Shown piece after piece: positions 43,629 through 56,388 of a DNA stretch of 64,000 nt. The stretch is taken from positions 21,700,001-21,764,000 of the forward strand of contig OX597815.1 in assembly GCA_951406725.2 (NCBI GenBank), read 5' to 3'. Source of the stretch: Octopus vulgaris. Its lineage: Eukaryota. The position numbers and the translations under genes are program-made. A model generated the notes under the pieces. That model saw only the letters and a list, made by a program, of their open reading frames with translations, was not told the DNA's origin and made no database searches. How positions within the stretch are numbered: position 1 is the stretch's first letter; every line of letters starts with the position of its first letter.

Positions 43629-44025
43629 GAGGGGGAAGAGAAAAAGAGAGAGAGAGAGAATTTGCTACAATTTCTTGTTGGTCAAAAGACTGTACAGAGA
43701 CTTCGTTGTTGGCTCATCACAGTATAACTTTGTTATTGCTGTTGTTTAACCCCAGGACAGATTTGGTCTGGCAGACCATCGTATAAAAAATATTCCGATG
43801 GTGGCGAGTTCGTATTTTTAGTTTGTCAGAAAGTGTATCACGGACTCCATAAACACGTTGTGCATATTTTAAAGTATAAATTAAAAACCTTTGTTACTTT
43901 AATTTCATACATGACAATAAAAAAAACCTTTTGAAGCCTGATGGATCACCTATCGTAGATTAAAAGATTTACTGAAATCATTAATTAATTATTAAAAAAA
44001 AAAAAAAAAATACTATTATTTTATA

Positions 44026-44435
44026 GGCGCAGGAGTGGCTGTGTGGTAAGTAGTTTGCTAACCAACCACATGGTTCCGGGTTCAGTCCCACTGCGTGGCA
44101 TCTTGGGCAAGTGTCTTCTGCTATAGCCCCGGGCCGACCAATGCCTTGTGGGTGGATTTGGTAGACGGAAACTGAAAGAAGCCTGTCGTATATATGTATA
44201 TATATATAAGTGTGTGTGTATATGTTTGTGTGTCTGTGTTTTTCCCCCTAGCATTGCTTGACAACCGATGCTGGTGTGTTTACGTCCCCGTCACTTAGCG
44301 GTTCGGCAAAAGAGACTGATAGAATAAGTACTGGGTTTACAAAAGAATAAGTCCCGGGGTCGATTTGCTCGACTAAAGGCGGTGCTCCAGCATGGCCACA
44401 GTCAAATGACTGAAACAAGTAAAAGAGAGTAAAAG
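44026..44435 (+). mobile_element. SINE family A
   Basis: Full-length copy matching 21697 and 59414. Confidence 0.93.
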
Positions 44436-44781
44436 AAAAAAAAAAGAGAGACATGTAAAGACTGGGTTATTTAATGTGATTCATGATATAATGGAAAGTC
44501 TGCAGTAGAACGTCTTTCTAGAATTTCAGAATTCCATCATGGTTTGTGTATCTAATGACGATCGATATGTTGAAAATTAACAATATTAAGAATATATTTA
44601 TATAAAAATCTAATAAATTCTTTCAATTACGCTTTTCACAGACTAATTATACTATATATAGAACTAGGTATGCAAATTTAAAAGTGCACACAGAATTTGT
44701 ATTGATCTTACATACATGCACGCGCACACACGTGTGTACGCATGCTTGCACGCACGCACGTACGGATGTATGTATGTATGC

Positions 44782-44814
<33 letters not shown>

Positions 44815-44886
44815 TGTATGTATGTATGTATGTATGTATGTATGTATGTATGTATGTATGTACGTAAGTATGTATGTATGTTATGT

Positions 44887-45555
44887 CAGGTCACTTTCGA
44901 GTGCTACTGGTAACATGTAACCCAGTACAACCTGCTGCATGGCCGGGTCCTCGGCGACTAAATCGGCAACCCCACCAAGCTTGCTTGGTGAGGAGGGTGT
45001 TTATTGGACACCCTGCGGGATGAAAAACAAAACCCGTCAAAGGGCGGAGGAACTCTTGAGAGTCAACGGCCATCCAATAAATGTGTAGTTTTTTTCTTTC
45101 CTTAAGGCTTAAGGCTGTATCATGCGTGGGGACAAAGAAATAATCGGACTGAATACCCGATCGCGCGGTTAAACCATTGGGAGTGAAGGACTCCTAGCCT
45201 TTGTTCGGGCATCCTTCTAGGAGAAGGTAACTCAGGTAACTGGGATAACTCCGACATAAAACCTGCGACACAGTGGTTACCGATGATGTTGACTTGTTCT
45301 TCTTTTTGGATTATGGCTGCTGTTGCTTAGTGAGTGGGATTAACTCAGTGCACAGCCTTTCCACACTTTAAAAAAAAAATCTTCTTGCACAGGCATTCCA
45401 CGATAACAACATTGTTCATGATTGTTGATGCTGTGAGTCTCAACTGAATGGCTGGCTATAGCCTTAAAAAGCAATTAAACGTCACATTCGATCACAGCAC
45501 CAATAACAGTTAAGCTTCGTGCAATGGCCATACTCGATAACGAGGGGGCAGCCAT
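44887..45555 (+). mobile_element. ~670-bp non-coding retroelement (family F, probable non-autonomous RTE derivative) in (TATG)n
   Basis: A near-identical inverted copy lies at 60507-61135. It has no ORF and ends TGGCCATACTCGATAACGAGGGGGCAGCCAT followed by microsatellite. Confidence 0.75.
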
Positions 45556-46100
45556 CATGTATGTATGTATGTATGTATGTATGTATGTATGTATGTATGT
45601 ATGTATGTATGTATGTATGTAGGGGCGCAGAGGTACCCTTGTTTAGTGTTACAGCGTGCTGTAAAATTATCGGAAGTAAAGGACCCCCTAGTTGTTTTCA
45701 CAGCATCCTTCTGGGGAGGGATAAAAAAACCTGTGATTTCAAATGATTACTGGTTATCTTACTTAGGCTTGCCACTAGGTACTAATTACTGAAACTCAGC
45801 GAGCGGTACACGTGTTGTACAAGCGTTTATCACAATAATCCATTCACGTAGAAATGTCTTTCTGGCGACCTCGTTTGTCATTCTATCTTCTGAAAATTCT
45901 GTGGTGTTGCAAAAGTGGCGATGTGTGCAGACTTAACCTGTTAGAAGCGTGCAATAATTTAGAACTTTCGTTTGTCACTATTTTTCAATCCATGGGGATC
46001 TGCGGCAGGACTGGAAAATCATGTGTGAGGTCAAGGATGGAAAATCCCCATGTATGTATGTATGTATGTATGTATGTATGTATGTATGTATGTATGTATG

Positions 46101-46910
46101 TTATTCAGTTTTATTTCAAGATTTCTTGTCAATAGAGAAAGAGTCGGTTTCTAACCTAGATCCCAGGCTCCTTCATCGGAATTTCAATAACATTAACAGG
46201 GTAATTTTTGTATGCATGTATGTATGTATGTATGTATGTATGTATGTATGTATGTATGTATGTATGTATGTATGTATGTATGTATGCATGTATGTGTGCA
46301 GATTTGTATATTTTGTTTTATGTATGTATTCTCATGCATATAGTTTCATGTCTATACATGCTCATATATACTAAAATGATAAACTTCTGGAAAGTTTTAC
46401 AGATTTTACAGTTCCAGAGATGTATTGGATCTTCTTTTTGGTTTTGAGAAGCCTAATTTTACAGACTTTTTACAGTTTCAGAGATGTATTGGATCTTCTT
46501 TTTGGTTTTGAGAAGCCTAATTTTACAGACTTTTTACAGTTTCAGAGATGGATTGGATCTGTAGTCTTCGAATTTGCCTTCTTTTTGTTTTTGAGAAGCC
46601 TAATTTTACAGACTTTTTACAGTTTCAGAGATGGATTGGATCTGTAGTCTTCGAATTTGCCTTCTTTTTGTTTTTGAGAAGCCTAATTTTACAGACTTTT
46701 TACAGTTTCAGAGATGGATTGGATCTGTAGTCTTCGAATTTGCCTTCTTTTTGTTTTTGAGAAGCCTAATTTTACAGACTTTTTACAGTTTCAGAGATGG
46801 ATTGGAACCGTAGTCTCCGAATCAGCTTTCTCCTTTCTGGTTTTGAGAAGCTTAATTTCTCAAGATAGGTATTTGGGCAGTGTATTACATATCCCAGTAC
46901 CCAATAATAA
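46101..46910 (-). mobile_element. 3' end of an R4/Dong-type (RLE) non-LTR retrotransposon with internal tandem duplication
   Basis: Minus strand gives IIIG/..GYV.HCPNTYLEKLSFSKPERRKLIRRLRFQSISETVK(ICKTFQKFII), typical of an RLE C-terminus. The 3' UTR ends GAAATAAAACTGAATAA then (CATA)n. The C-terminal segment is repeated as 3 x 83 bp and 2 x 64 bp. Confidence 0.75.
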
Positions 46911-46936
46911 TATGTATGTATGTGTATATGTGTATG

Positions 46937-47015
<79 letters not shown>

Positions 47016-47794
47016 GTATGTGTCTTTAGATGTACATCTGTTTACGCATGGAAATGCCAACCGATTATATTCTATTATTTATATATTTCTTCAGTCATAA
47101 TAAAGCGTTTAGCACCGCAATGCGTAGGACTCTACGTTGTTTCTACTTTTGTTCTAATTGAGACATTCACAATCACTTTAGTGTGTATTTTCACATCATC
47201 AAACCATGATGCGACTGGCACTCATAACATCCATTATCTCAAATACTGAAATCACCACAATATAACAAAAATTAGAAAATTTTACTGCTGGCAATGTGTT
47301 AATTCATAGAATGTTCCCCAATATTGTTCAGCAGCCCTGAATGACTTTTCTCACTCAAATAAAACTCAAAATATTCAACGCTATTTTCAGATATCGAAGG
47401 CACAATCTCTCTCCTGGCAAATGCTTATGTTCATAGATCTCCTACTTTCAAATTGCGGTTCACTTATTGCTTCGCACGAGTTACGTCACTACCCACTTTA
47501 TCTATCTATCTATCTTTTTTTCCCCCTTTTTTCTTCTTTTTTCATTTCTCTTTTCTTTTGTTCCTTTTCCTTTTTTTTCTTTTTTCTTTTTATTCTTTTT
47601 ATTTTTTATTTTATTTTATTTTTTATTTTATTATTTTTTTTGTTCTTTTCTTCCCTTTTACGATCCCTCTTGATCGAAAACCTACGCCACCCCTTTTTTT
47701 CTTTTGTTTTTTGTTTTTTTCATCCCCCAAAAGAAAAGCTCTACCTTGTAACTTGTCCCATCTGTGTGCAGCCCTGTGTGGCCAATAAAGAAAC

Positions 47795-47944
<150 letters not shown>

Positions 47945-48494
47945 TTATAGTTGCAATTCTATTCTGAGAGTTCAGTTCAGTATGCAGGACCATTTTGACA
48001 TAAAAAACTATAGCTCTGTCAAAATTTCCTTTGGATAGCTATAAATTATGTGATTGATTTTTTTTTCATAGGTTTCACTTATTTTGCAGTTATCTTCTGC
48101 ATTCTATTTTATTACATGCTTTTCGTAGTTCCTACTGGGATAGTATTTCTTTGTAAAAAAAAAAAATTCGCTTTCATACTTGGGTCTCGCACTTCTCAGG
48201 CAGCGCGCTTCCGTTTTAAATTATTCAAAGGCTGCGCCGTTTATGTTCAGTTTGGCGAATTTGAACTACTCATCACTGTTATGAGACGAGGAAGATACTG
48301 AACTTGGCTATGCTTCATGCTACCTTTTTAATAAACTTCTCCTTTCGACAGATCTCGATTACGTAATCATTCACTTTGTAATTATAAAGCAGTATTTGCA
48401 TTGACGCATGCACTGAATTTGCACCATTATTTATGGAAGCAACGTAGTTTTTTCTTCAATCCAATTAGAGTGAGAATGCTTCTTTTATGGTAAA

Positions 48495-48884
48495 CTAGCA
48501 GTATCGCCCAGCGTTGCTCGGGTTTGTAAGGGAAATAACTTTATAAGCATTTTTAGAGATGTAAAGTATAATAGCCATCTCAATATGGCTAACCACAAAG
48601 GGGGGGTGCTACTGTAGCTTTTTACGTTCTGAGATTTAATAATAAATTTTTAGAGAGTTACTTCCCTTATATATGCCAAAAATGCATTAAAAATGGGAAA
48701 AATTGATAGTAATTTTTTTAAATCGTAGACTCATCGTAGACGCGCGCTAATACTCAGAAGGGCTCGATATGAATCACGACTATAAGATACCCGGTTTTGG
48801 TTAAACTGCACCGCAAAATGTGGGAGTGTTTAGGAATCTAAATCGTAGGAGACAGACACACAACTTCACTTTTATATATAAAGA
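48495..48884 (-). mobile_element. Complete non-autonomous Helitron (390 bp)
   Basis: Minus strand A|TCTTTATATATAAAAGTG ... CCCGAGCAACGCTGGG hairpin ... CTAG|T: canonical TC/CTAG termini inserted in an AT dinucleotide. Confidence 0.9.
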
Positions 48885-49461
48885 TAACCTCCAGAATTAT
48901 GCTTGAAGCATAATCTCTAAGAGGTTCCGAACCAGGAATGTTCGAGTGTGTAGCAGTAAAAACATACCATGTATCTCAAGGGTTCTTTAATATGAGAACT
49001 TGAGATTTATCAAAGGTTAGCAACTGAATGAAAACTTCCATTCACAGATACTTTTCTCAGTTTTTGCTTTTCTGGGCTTCCAAGATTTAGTTTGTATCCC
49101 AGTGAATTACATATGCAAGACATCCCTTTTTCATTTGACACTGCTTGTATGTGTGTGCGTGTCTTAGTGTCTGTTCTTCCTCCGCTTGATAACCAGTTTC
49201 AGCTTATTGAAGTCCCCGTAACTTACAGGTTCGACAAAAATAGGCCGATAGAAGATCTATGAGACTTCAAAAACTAAGTAATGGACTCGATTCGTTTAAT
49301 TATTCCCCTTCAAGATGGTGTCCCAGAATGTATAGCCAGAGTCTAATGATAGATACGAAAAATCCATCCATCCATCCATCCATCCATCCATCCATCCGTC
49401 CGTCCGTCCGTCCGTCCATCCGTCCGTCCATCCATCCATCCATCTATATATACATACATGG

Positions 49462-50160
49462 TGGTTGTCTACTCCTTATGCAGAGTTTGACTATCTCCTA
49501 TACCTACACCTTAGCACCATAATGGCATCTGATGTGGCTTTTTAAACCAGACAATGTTCTGAAAAGACACCCACAAAGATTGCACCTCTGATTTGGACCA
49601 CCAAGAGCTGCAGATAAGTTCTGCTCTTTGTGGATCTTAAAATGTCTTTTGTGGCCTCCGTTGGATTTGCAAACCTTCTGGCATACACTGCATTCAAAGG
49701 TGTGCACAGACATACAGGCAGAATAGTTGGTGGAGGTTTGTTTTCCATGCGTTCGTAGATGAGATTTGAGGTCAGCAAAAGACAGGCATCGTCTGTCACA
49801 GACTGTGCACACAAAAAGGTCATTATCATTCACCTTCTCGATCGTTACATTCTTCCTTAGATCTCTTTTGAGTCTTACTTGCGTTATCCTGGCGTCTTCA
49901 AATGTTTTCACTCTACTCCATACCTTTGTTCGCCATCCAACTCGATCCGAAGCAAGCGTTTCTATATCTTCTGGAATCATTCCAAGTGACTTCATTGTAG
50001 TCCTTATGCTGTCCTTAAACCTTTCTTTAGGTTTACGCCGATAGCGTTTCCCCTCTGCAAGCTTACCATAAAACAGTTGTTTCGGCATGCGAACAATATG
50101 GTCATACTATCTCAATTGGTTCCTCAAAATCATAGCTTTAATTGAGGTGATGCCTTCAGT
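49462..50160 (-). mobile_element. RTE LINE 3' fragment with an open C-terminal ORF carrying three C2H2 zinc fingers
   Basis: ORF 49504-50088: MPKQLFYGKLAEGKR...KERFKDSIRTTMK, then CTVC..HLRTH, CSVC..HFKIH and CNLC..HIRCH. Same family as 3640-4815. Confidence 0.92.
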
Positions 50161-50167
50161 TTCTTCA

Positions 50168-50233
<66 letters not shown>

Positions 50234-50521
50234 TCAATAATAAAGGGTGAAATTAATTAATTAATTTAGAAATAATCATTAATTTCACCAAGTAGAGTTC
50301 GGCATGTAAAAGACCCATTCAAGGAAGGTTTAAGTAATACTAAGTAATTAAGGGTTCAGCAACGATTTGCCTCACCACACACCGAATTTAGAAATAGCAG
50401 TCAAAACGTTTTGGCTAATCTTTCTACTTAAAGGGAGATCCCAGCAAAAACAAAGCACTTAAAAAACAAACAACGCAGGCAAAAGAGAAAGAAATGACGA
50501 AAATCATTCTATATTAAGTTA

Positions 50522-50611
50522 CCTACGGACGCACGTTTCGGAATTAAGTCATAGCAGAGCATAAAAAATAAATAATATGTCTTCCCTGACTATTTTCCTC
50601 CTCAGCGTAGG
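50522..50611 (-). ncRNA. Type I hammerhead ribozyme, intact core
   Basis: Minus strand CCUACG-CUGAGGA-GGAA...UUCC-GAAA-CGUGCG-UC-CGUAGG: 6-bp stem I, long stem II, GUC triplet. Confidence 0.92.
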
Positions 50612-50715
50612 ACTCTTCAATTATAAATAATTGCGTCTAAATTATTAATAATTGTGCATTAAATTTAATACACAATTATTAATAATTGAGACGCAATTAT
50701 TTATAATTGAAGAGT

Positions 50716-50805
50716 CCTACGCCGAGGAAGAAAATAGTCAGGTAAGACATATTATTTATTTTTTATGCTTTGCTATGACTTAATTCCGAAACGTGCGTCC
50801 GTAGG
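50716..50805 (+). ncRNA. Mirror-copy hammerhead with core mutations (probably inactive)
   Basis: CCUACG-CCGAGGA-AGAA...UUCC-GAAA-CGUGCG-UC-CGUAGG. U4 is changed to C and G10.1 to A relative to the minus-strand copy. Confidence 0.8.
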
Positions 50806-51002
50806 TAACTTAATACAGAATGATTTTCGTCATTTCTTTCTCTTTTGCCTGCGTTGTTTGTTTTTTAAGTGCTTTGGTTTTGCTGGGATCTCCCTTTTAA
50901 GTAGAAAGAATAGCCAAAACTTTTTGACTGCTATTTCTAAATTCGGTGTGTGGTGAGGCAAATCGTTGCTGAACCCTTAATTACTTAGTATATATATATA
51001 TA

Positions 51003-51400
51003 CTTTCATCTGATGATACGTTGCGGTAGAGTCGTGGGATTTCTTTGGGTATGTATTCTAGGTTATCAGGCAAGGAATATTGCTCAAGGAGCTGCCTTCT
51101 AAGTCTTATGATGTTATCAGCCTCATGTATGCAAACTTGGTCAAGGGATGCACTTCGACACTTGCCGAAGGAATATGATACGATATTCAAAGGCATTCTG
51201 GATCGATGTTAAGCCTCCGCCGCCTTGCTTTCCTTTTAGGCAAAGCCGGTCTACGTCACTTTATGTGGAAATTATGTGTGCTTGTTAGTATTTTTCGGGT
51301 TTTCACATCAATGGTTCGTATCGCATCAAGCGTCCAATCTAGCAGCCCAAATGTTGGTATGAGTACTGGCACTGCAAACACATTGTGAGCCACTGTTTTA
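51003..51400 (-). mobile_element. R4/Dong-clade LINE RT C-terminal (thumb) fragment
   Basis: KTVAHNVFAVPVLIPTFGLLDWTLDAIRTIDVKTRKILTSTHNFHIK/DVDRLCLK matches the R4/Dong pattern AINTFAVPV..Y.FG...W....I..ID.KTRK.LT......H.KSDVDRLY. Confidence 0.85.
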
Positions 51401-51603
51401 TTGAATGTATGTATGTATGTATGTATGTATGTATGTATGTATGTATGTATGTACGTACGTACGTACGTACGTATGTATGTATGTATGTATGTATGTATGT
51501 ATGTATGTATATGTATATGTGTGTGCGTGTGGGTGTGTGAGCGCATGTGTGTGTATATATACAAGCGCACACGCACATATGTATATATATATATATATAT
51601 ATA

Positions 51604-51885
51604 CAGCAAAAAACAATTAAGATTCAAGTGCATTCCAATGAATTCAAAAGAATATGGTACTTAACTTAGATGCACCAGAATTGTTTATGGTATTAACCAT
51701 AAAAATGTGGGGTGATTATAACCAAGAAAAAAAGCAACAAGAATGGATTAGTAGTTTAGTACAATTGTTTCATACCAAGAACCATTTTATTTAATTTTAT
51801 TTTAAATAAAATGGTTCTTGGTATGAAACAATTGTACTAAACTACTAATCCATTCTTGTTGCTTTTTTCTTGTTTTTTTTCTTGG

Positions 51886-51890
<5 letters not shown>
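51604..51890. mobile_element. Palindromised member of family 2 retaining only the 3' half of the hammerhead
   Basis: The leader is homologous to 26390. The hairpin 51717-51890 has GAAA-CAATTG-TA-CTAA (51825-51840) and its reverse complement, with no CTGATGA. Confidence 0.8.
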
Positions 51891-51933
<43 letters not shown>

Positions 51934-52168
51934 GTATGTCTATGTGTGTCGGTGTAACCAGCCATCGAGCCTAAAAAACGGGAATCACAATCCCACCAAA
52001 TTCTTGATCACGCCGTCACACTTGACTGCCATAGCCAACCATCAAAGGTCTCCACACGCTTTAGGGCCTTTCAATCCAATGCCGTAAACACACCTCCATT
52101 TACATTAGATTCTTTGTATTTTTATGTTTTTATCAACTACCTCCTGACCACAAACATTCTCACTTCAC

Positions 52169-52692
52169 CAATGTAAATCCTCGAGTATAGTCCGCCTTTG
52201 AGTATAATACGCAGGGGATTTTTAGGGGAGCTGTAGCTTTGAAAAACCTAAACCTTGTGTATAATACGCACCCCTTCCCTAACTTGAGTCAAGGAGGTCT
52301 ATATAACGTCCTTGGTTTGTAAAAATGTACACGGTAACGTCCGTTATTATTATTGTATATATAACATAATGCAAACGTGTAGCTTTTTTGTGCATTTTGT
52401 TAGCAGAAAATAAAGAAATAACAGTAATCATAGTAATAACGTTTAATAAATGTTGCTTACTGCAAGTTATGAATGATTCTTTTATGACTTCATTGCTTTC
52501 ATGCTTAGCTTAAGGTATTTTCGCGCCCGACATCACAAAACGCGTCTGAATAAACATTGCCGGACAGCAAATAGAGACTCGGACATTGCTGAGAAAATAT
52601 TTTTCATTTTTAACCTCATATATAGTACGCATTAGGGATTTTGGCCTTTAAATTTTGGGAAAAATGTGGATTATATTTGAAGATTTACGGTA
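52169..52692. mobile_element. Non-autonomous Tc1/mariner-superfamily (pogo/Tc2-like) MITE
   Basis: Imperfect TIRs GTAAATCCTCGAGTATAGTCCGC and GTGGATTATATTTGAAGATTTACGG|TA, with internal repeats of TATAATACGCA. Confidence 0.75.
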
Positions 52693-53077
52693 AATCTTAT
52701 AACTTTTGAAGCATGTTACGTCACTTGATGACGCTCTCTGCACAGTGCAATGTATCTGATGTCATTACATCGTTCACCACCCACTAGGGAGCAGTGCAGA
52801 AGGCAGCCGAAACGATTGTTGTACTAAATATAGCTTCTAGTTATATACCGTCTTCCGTATCACTCATTGAAAATATAGCCAACTTGCACCTAGGAAGTCC
52901 TGACGTAGATCCAGCGACGAAAGCCCAGTAACGCGGATGACGTCTGGTCGCCATAAGTGATGCACATGCTCTGGAGACACGCAACCTGGAACTTACTCGA
53001 AACAAGGTTTCAATACTGCATTTTAATGTCTCCTTTCTAAACCTTAATTTTAAGTTTTAAATTTAATTTATATATAT

Positions 53078-53675
53078 AGGAGCGCCGAAGACAGTGGGTA
53101 GGGAAAGGAGAAACACCGGCACCCCTGGTTAAGGAAGGTCTTCATCCACGTAAGGTGTTGTTATCTGTTTGGTGGAACATGAAAAGTTTAGTCCACTTTG
53201 AACTTTTAAACCTAAACCAAACGATAACGAAGGAGATCTACGGCGAGCGGCTTAGGTCAGCGTTAGAAAAAAATGACCATCTTTGATTTCAAGACGAAAG
53301 GTATTCTTCCATCAGGATAATGCTCGGTCACATACAGCGAGGATGATATTCGAAAGGCTGGAGCAGTTTGAATGGGACACTCATCACATTCGCCGGACAT
53401 TGCCCCATCTGTTTATCATTTATTCCGCAGTCTTCAAAATCATTTGGATGGAAAAATAAGAATTTTGTAGACGATGTCAGAACAGTACTGGAGGAGTATT
53501 TTTCATCACAGACAAAGGAATTTTGGAAGAGGGACATTGCAAATCTACCGGATAGATGTAAGAGCATTGTAGAAAATGAAAGAGAGTATATTTTAGATTA
53601 AAAAAGAACTTTGTTCATCTCAATTTTGAAAAATAAAAGAAGTATTAAAAAAACGCATTATTTATGGGATGACCC

Positions 53676-53679
<4 letters not shown>
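53078..53679 (+). mobile_element. Mariner transposon, 3' half
   Basis: GLHPRKVLLSVWWNMKSLVHFELL, VFFHQDNARSHTA, HSPDIAP and FWKRDIANLPDRCKSIVENEREYILD*. The terminus is TTATTTATGGGATGACCCAT|TA. Confidence 0.92.
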
Positions 53680-53720
<41 letters not shown>

Positions 53721-54494
53721 ATATATATATATTTTCCATTCCTGACCGTCCAATAACACTATACTTGTTCCAGGTCCTCGCGTTATTGTGTTTTCTCTTT
53801 GTGTTTTCATGTTTGGTTTAACTATATATATATATGCATGTATATGTCTGTATGTATGTATGAGTGCGTATGTGCACCGGTGATAGATATACATATATTT
53901 GAAAGAAAAAAAATTGCCGATAAACTGGTGCGTCGAATAATAATACTTAGCCGTAATTTATTCCGCTCGAATTACACACTCACCCCTTGTCACTCTCGCC
54001 AGCGGAAATGTAGTGAACAAGTGATTGTCCCGGTGGAAATCTATAACCAACGGCGCTACTGTTCATAAAATGCATAAATAAATAAAAGAATCTTGTCGTA
54101 TTGTCTGTCACTCCACCAAATCCTGCTTTTATTCGATATTTTCAAAGTCGGCTGTTATAAACATCGAACTTTATTCCATAAATAGAACTTGTCTGTTCTA
54201 TAAGTTAATACCGTGCGACTCACATTTTAAAACCGCCGTTATGCTGTTATATTTGGTGACAAAAACCCATGATTTTATGCTTTTTCCTTGTGCTCTATTC
54301 TCTAGTCTACTCGGCTACTCTTCTTCCCCTCTTAGAAACATCGAAAAGTATTAAAATCAAGAACGCCATATATATATATATATATATATATATCGTATAT
54401 ATATATCGTATATACATTCATACATACATTCACAGATACGTTCACACACACACACACGCATACACGTATGTATGTATGTATATATATATGCATG

Positions 54495-54549
<55 letters not shown>

Positions 54550-54720
54550 GCATACACATATTCACATACATATATACATGCATGCATACATACACGCAGC
54601 ATGCAAACATACATACATGCATACATACATACACGCAGCATGCAAACATACATACATGCATACATACATACATACATACATACACACATACATTCATATA
54701 TACATACATACATACATACA

Positions 54721-54815
<95 letters not shown>

Positions 54816-55018
54816 GTATGTATAAAATTCAATATGCTTTCTTATCTCTGCCGGTGTTATATGTGAATTAATAAAATGGCTTCCTTTCGTAGCCTTATCG
54901 AAGTATATTCATCATCATCGTCATCATCGTCATCATCATGAAACCAATGATAATGAAAATGGTAATAACAACAACAACAACAACAACAACAACAATAATA
55001 ATAATAATAATAATAATG

Positions 55019-55073
<55 letters not shown>

Positions 55074-55320
55074 TAATAATGACGACAACAACAACAACGA
55101 TAATAATTAGTGCTATAGATGTTGGTAGGTGGGCAATGTTACTGTTGCTGATGACATTTTCCCCATTATTTCTTCTCCACTTTCTGTGATTTTGTCATCG
55201 CTGTTGTTGCTGTTATCACCATTGTTGTTGTTGTTGTTGTTACAGCTGCACTCCATAATTCTTGATAATTTCTCTTGCTGTTAATTCATTGTTTTATCTT
55301 TCTCGCTGTCTTTCTCTCCT

Positions 55321-55354
<34 letters not shown>

Positions 55355-55971
55355 ACTATTCTTTCCCATCTTTCTCTTTTTCTTCAAACCCCTCTTACTC
55401 TGTCTTTTAACCACTTATTTTGTCTTCGTGCCCTTCTTTATATACGTTTTTCTTCCTTTTCCTTTCTCTGTTGTCTTTGTGTTTTTATCCCTCACACACT
55501 CTCTTTTCTTTCTCTACCATTTTCCCTCATCCCCCTCCTTTCTCTCCTTTCCATTTACCTGTCATATTTTTTTTTCTCTCCGCTTCATTACAAAATATTC
55601 CCATCCTCACTTGTCTCTGTATTAATCCGCACAATTTTCTCTAATTAAACAATCTTTGCTGAATAAGCGATCGCTTGTCTTCGTTGTACTTTACTCTGAA
55701 ATTCTACTCCACATTTATATGATATTTCTTCGTGCAACATCCTCTTCACCATCTACACATGCCGTCTTGAAACCAATACTCCTTTGCACACTCCACTCAC
55801 ACAAATACACCCTCCAGCTTACCAGCAGCTAGTTGCACATCAGATCCGCCCAACGCAGAGATACAGATACTTCAAGTCCATACACTCTCACACAAACACA
55901 TGCACTCATGTACGTATGTATGCTTGTACGTACATAGGCACGCATGAATGTATGCATTCACGCGCGCCTAT

Positions 55972-56388
<417 letters not shown>

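Larger units (their letters stand above)
50230..50991. mobile_element. Fully palindromic form of the 556-1134 family carrying two inverted hammerheads
   Basis: Arms of about 327 bp (50337-50663 and 50664-50991) have no spacer (centre ATTAAA|TTTAAT). Both sides are flanked by (TA)n. Confidence 0.9.

Noticed and set aside
44935-45075. HDV-like ribozyme in family F
   Set aside because: A P2-like pairing exists, but the putative P3/L3 differs between the two copies and no P1/P1.1 could be assigned.
46417-46800. CRISPR-like regular repeats
   Set aside because: The units are contiguous tandem copies with no unique spacers, derive from a LINE C-terminus, and lie in a eukaryotic context with no cas genes.
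49504-50088. Host C2H2 zinc-finger gene
   Set aside because: The fingers are in frame with RTE RT-thumb motifs and are followed by the element's 3' UTR; a second copy exists at 3640-4815.
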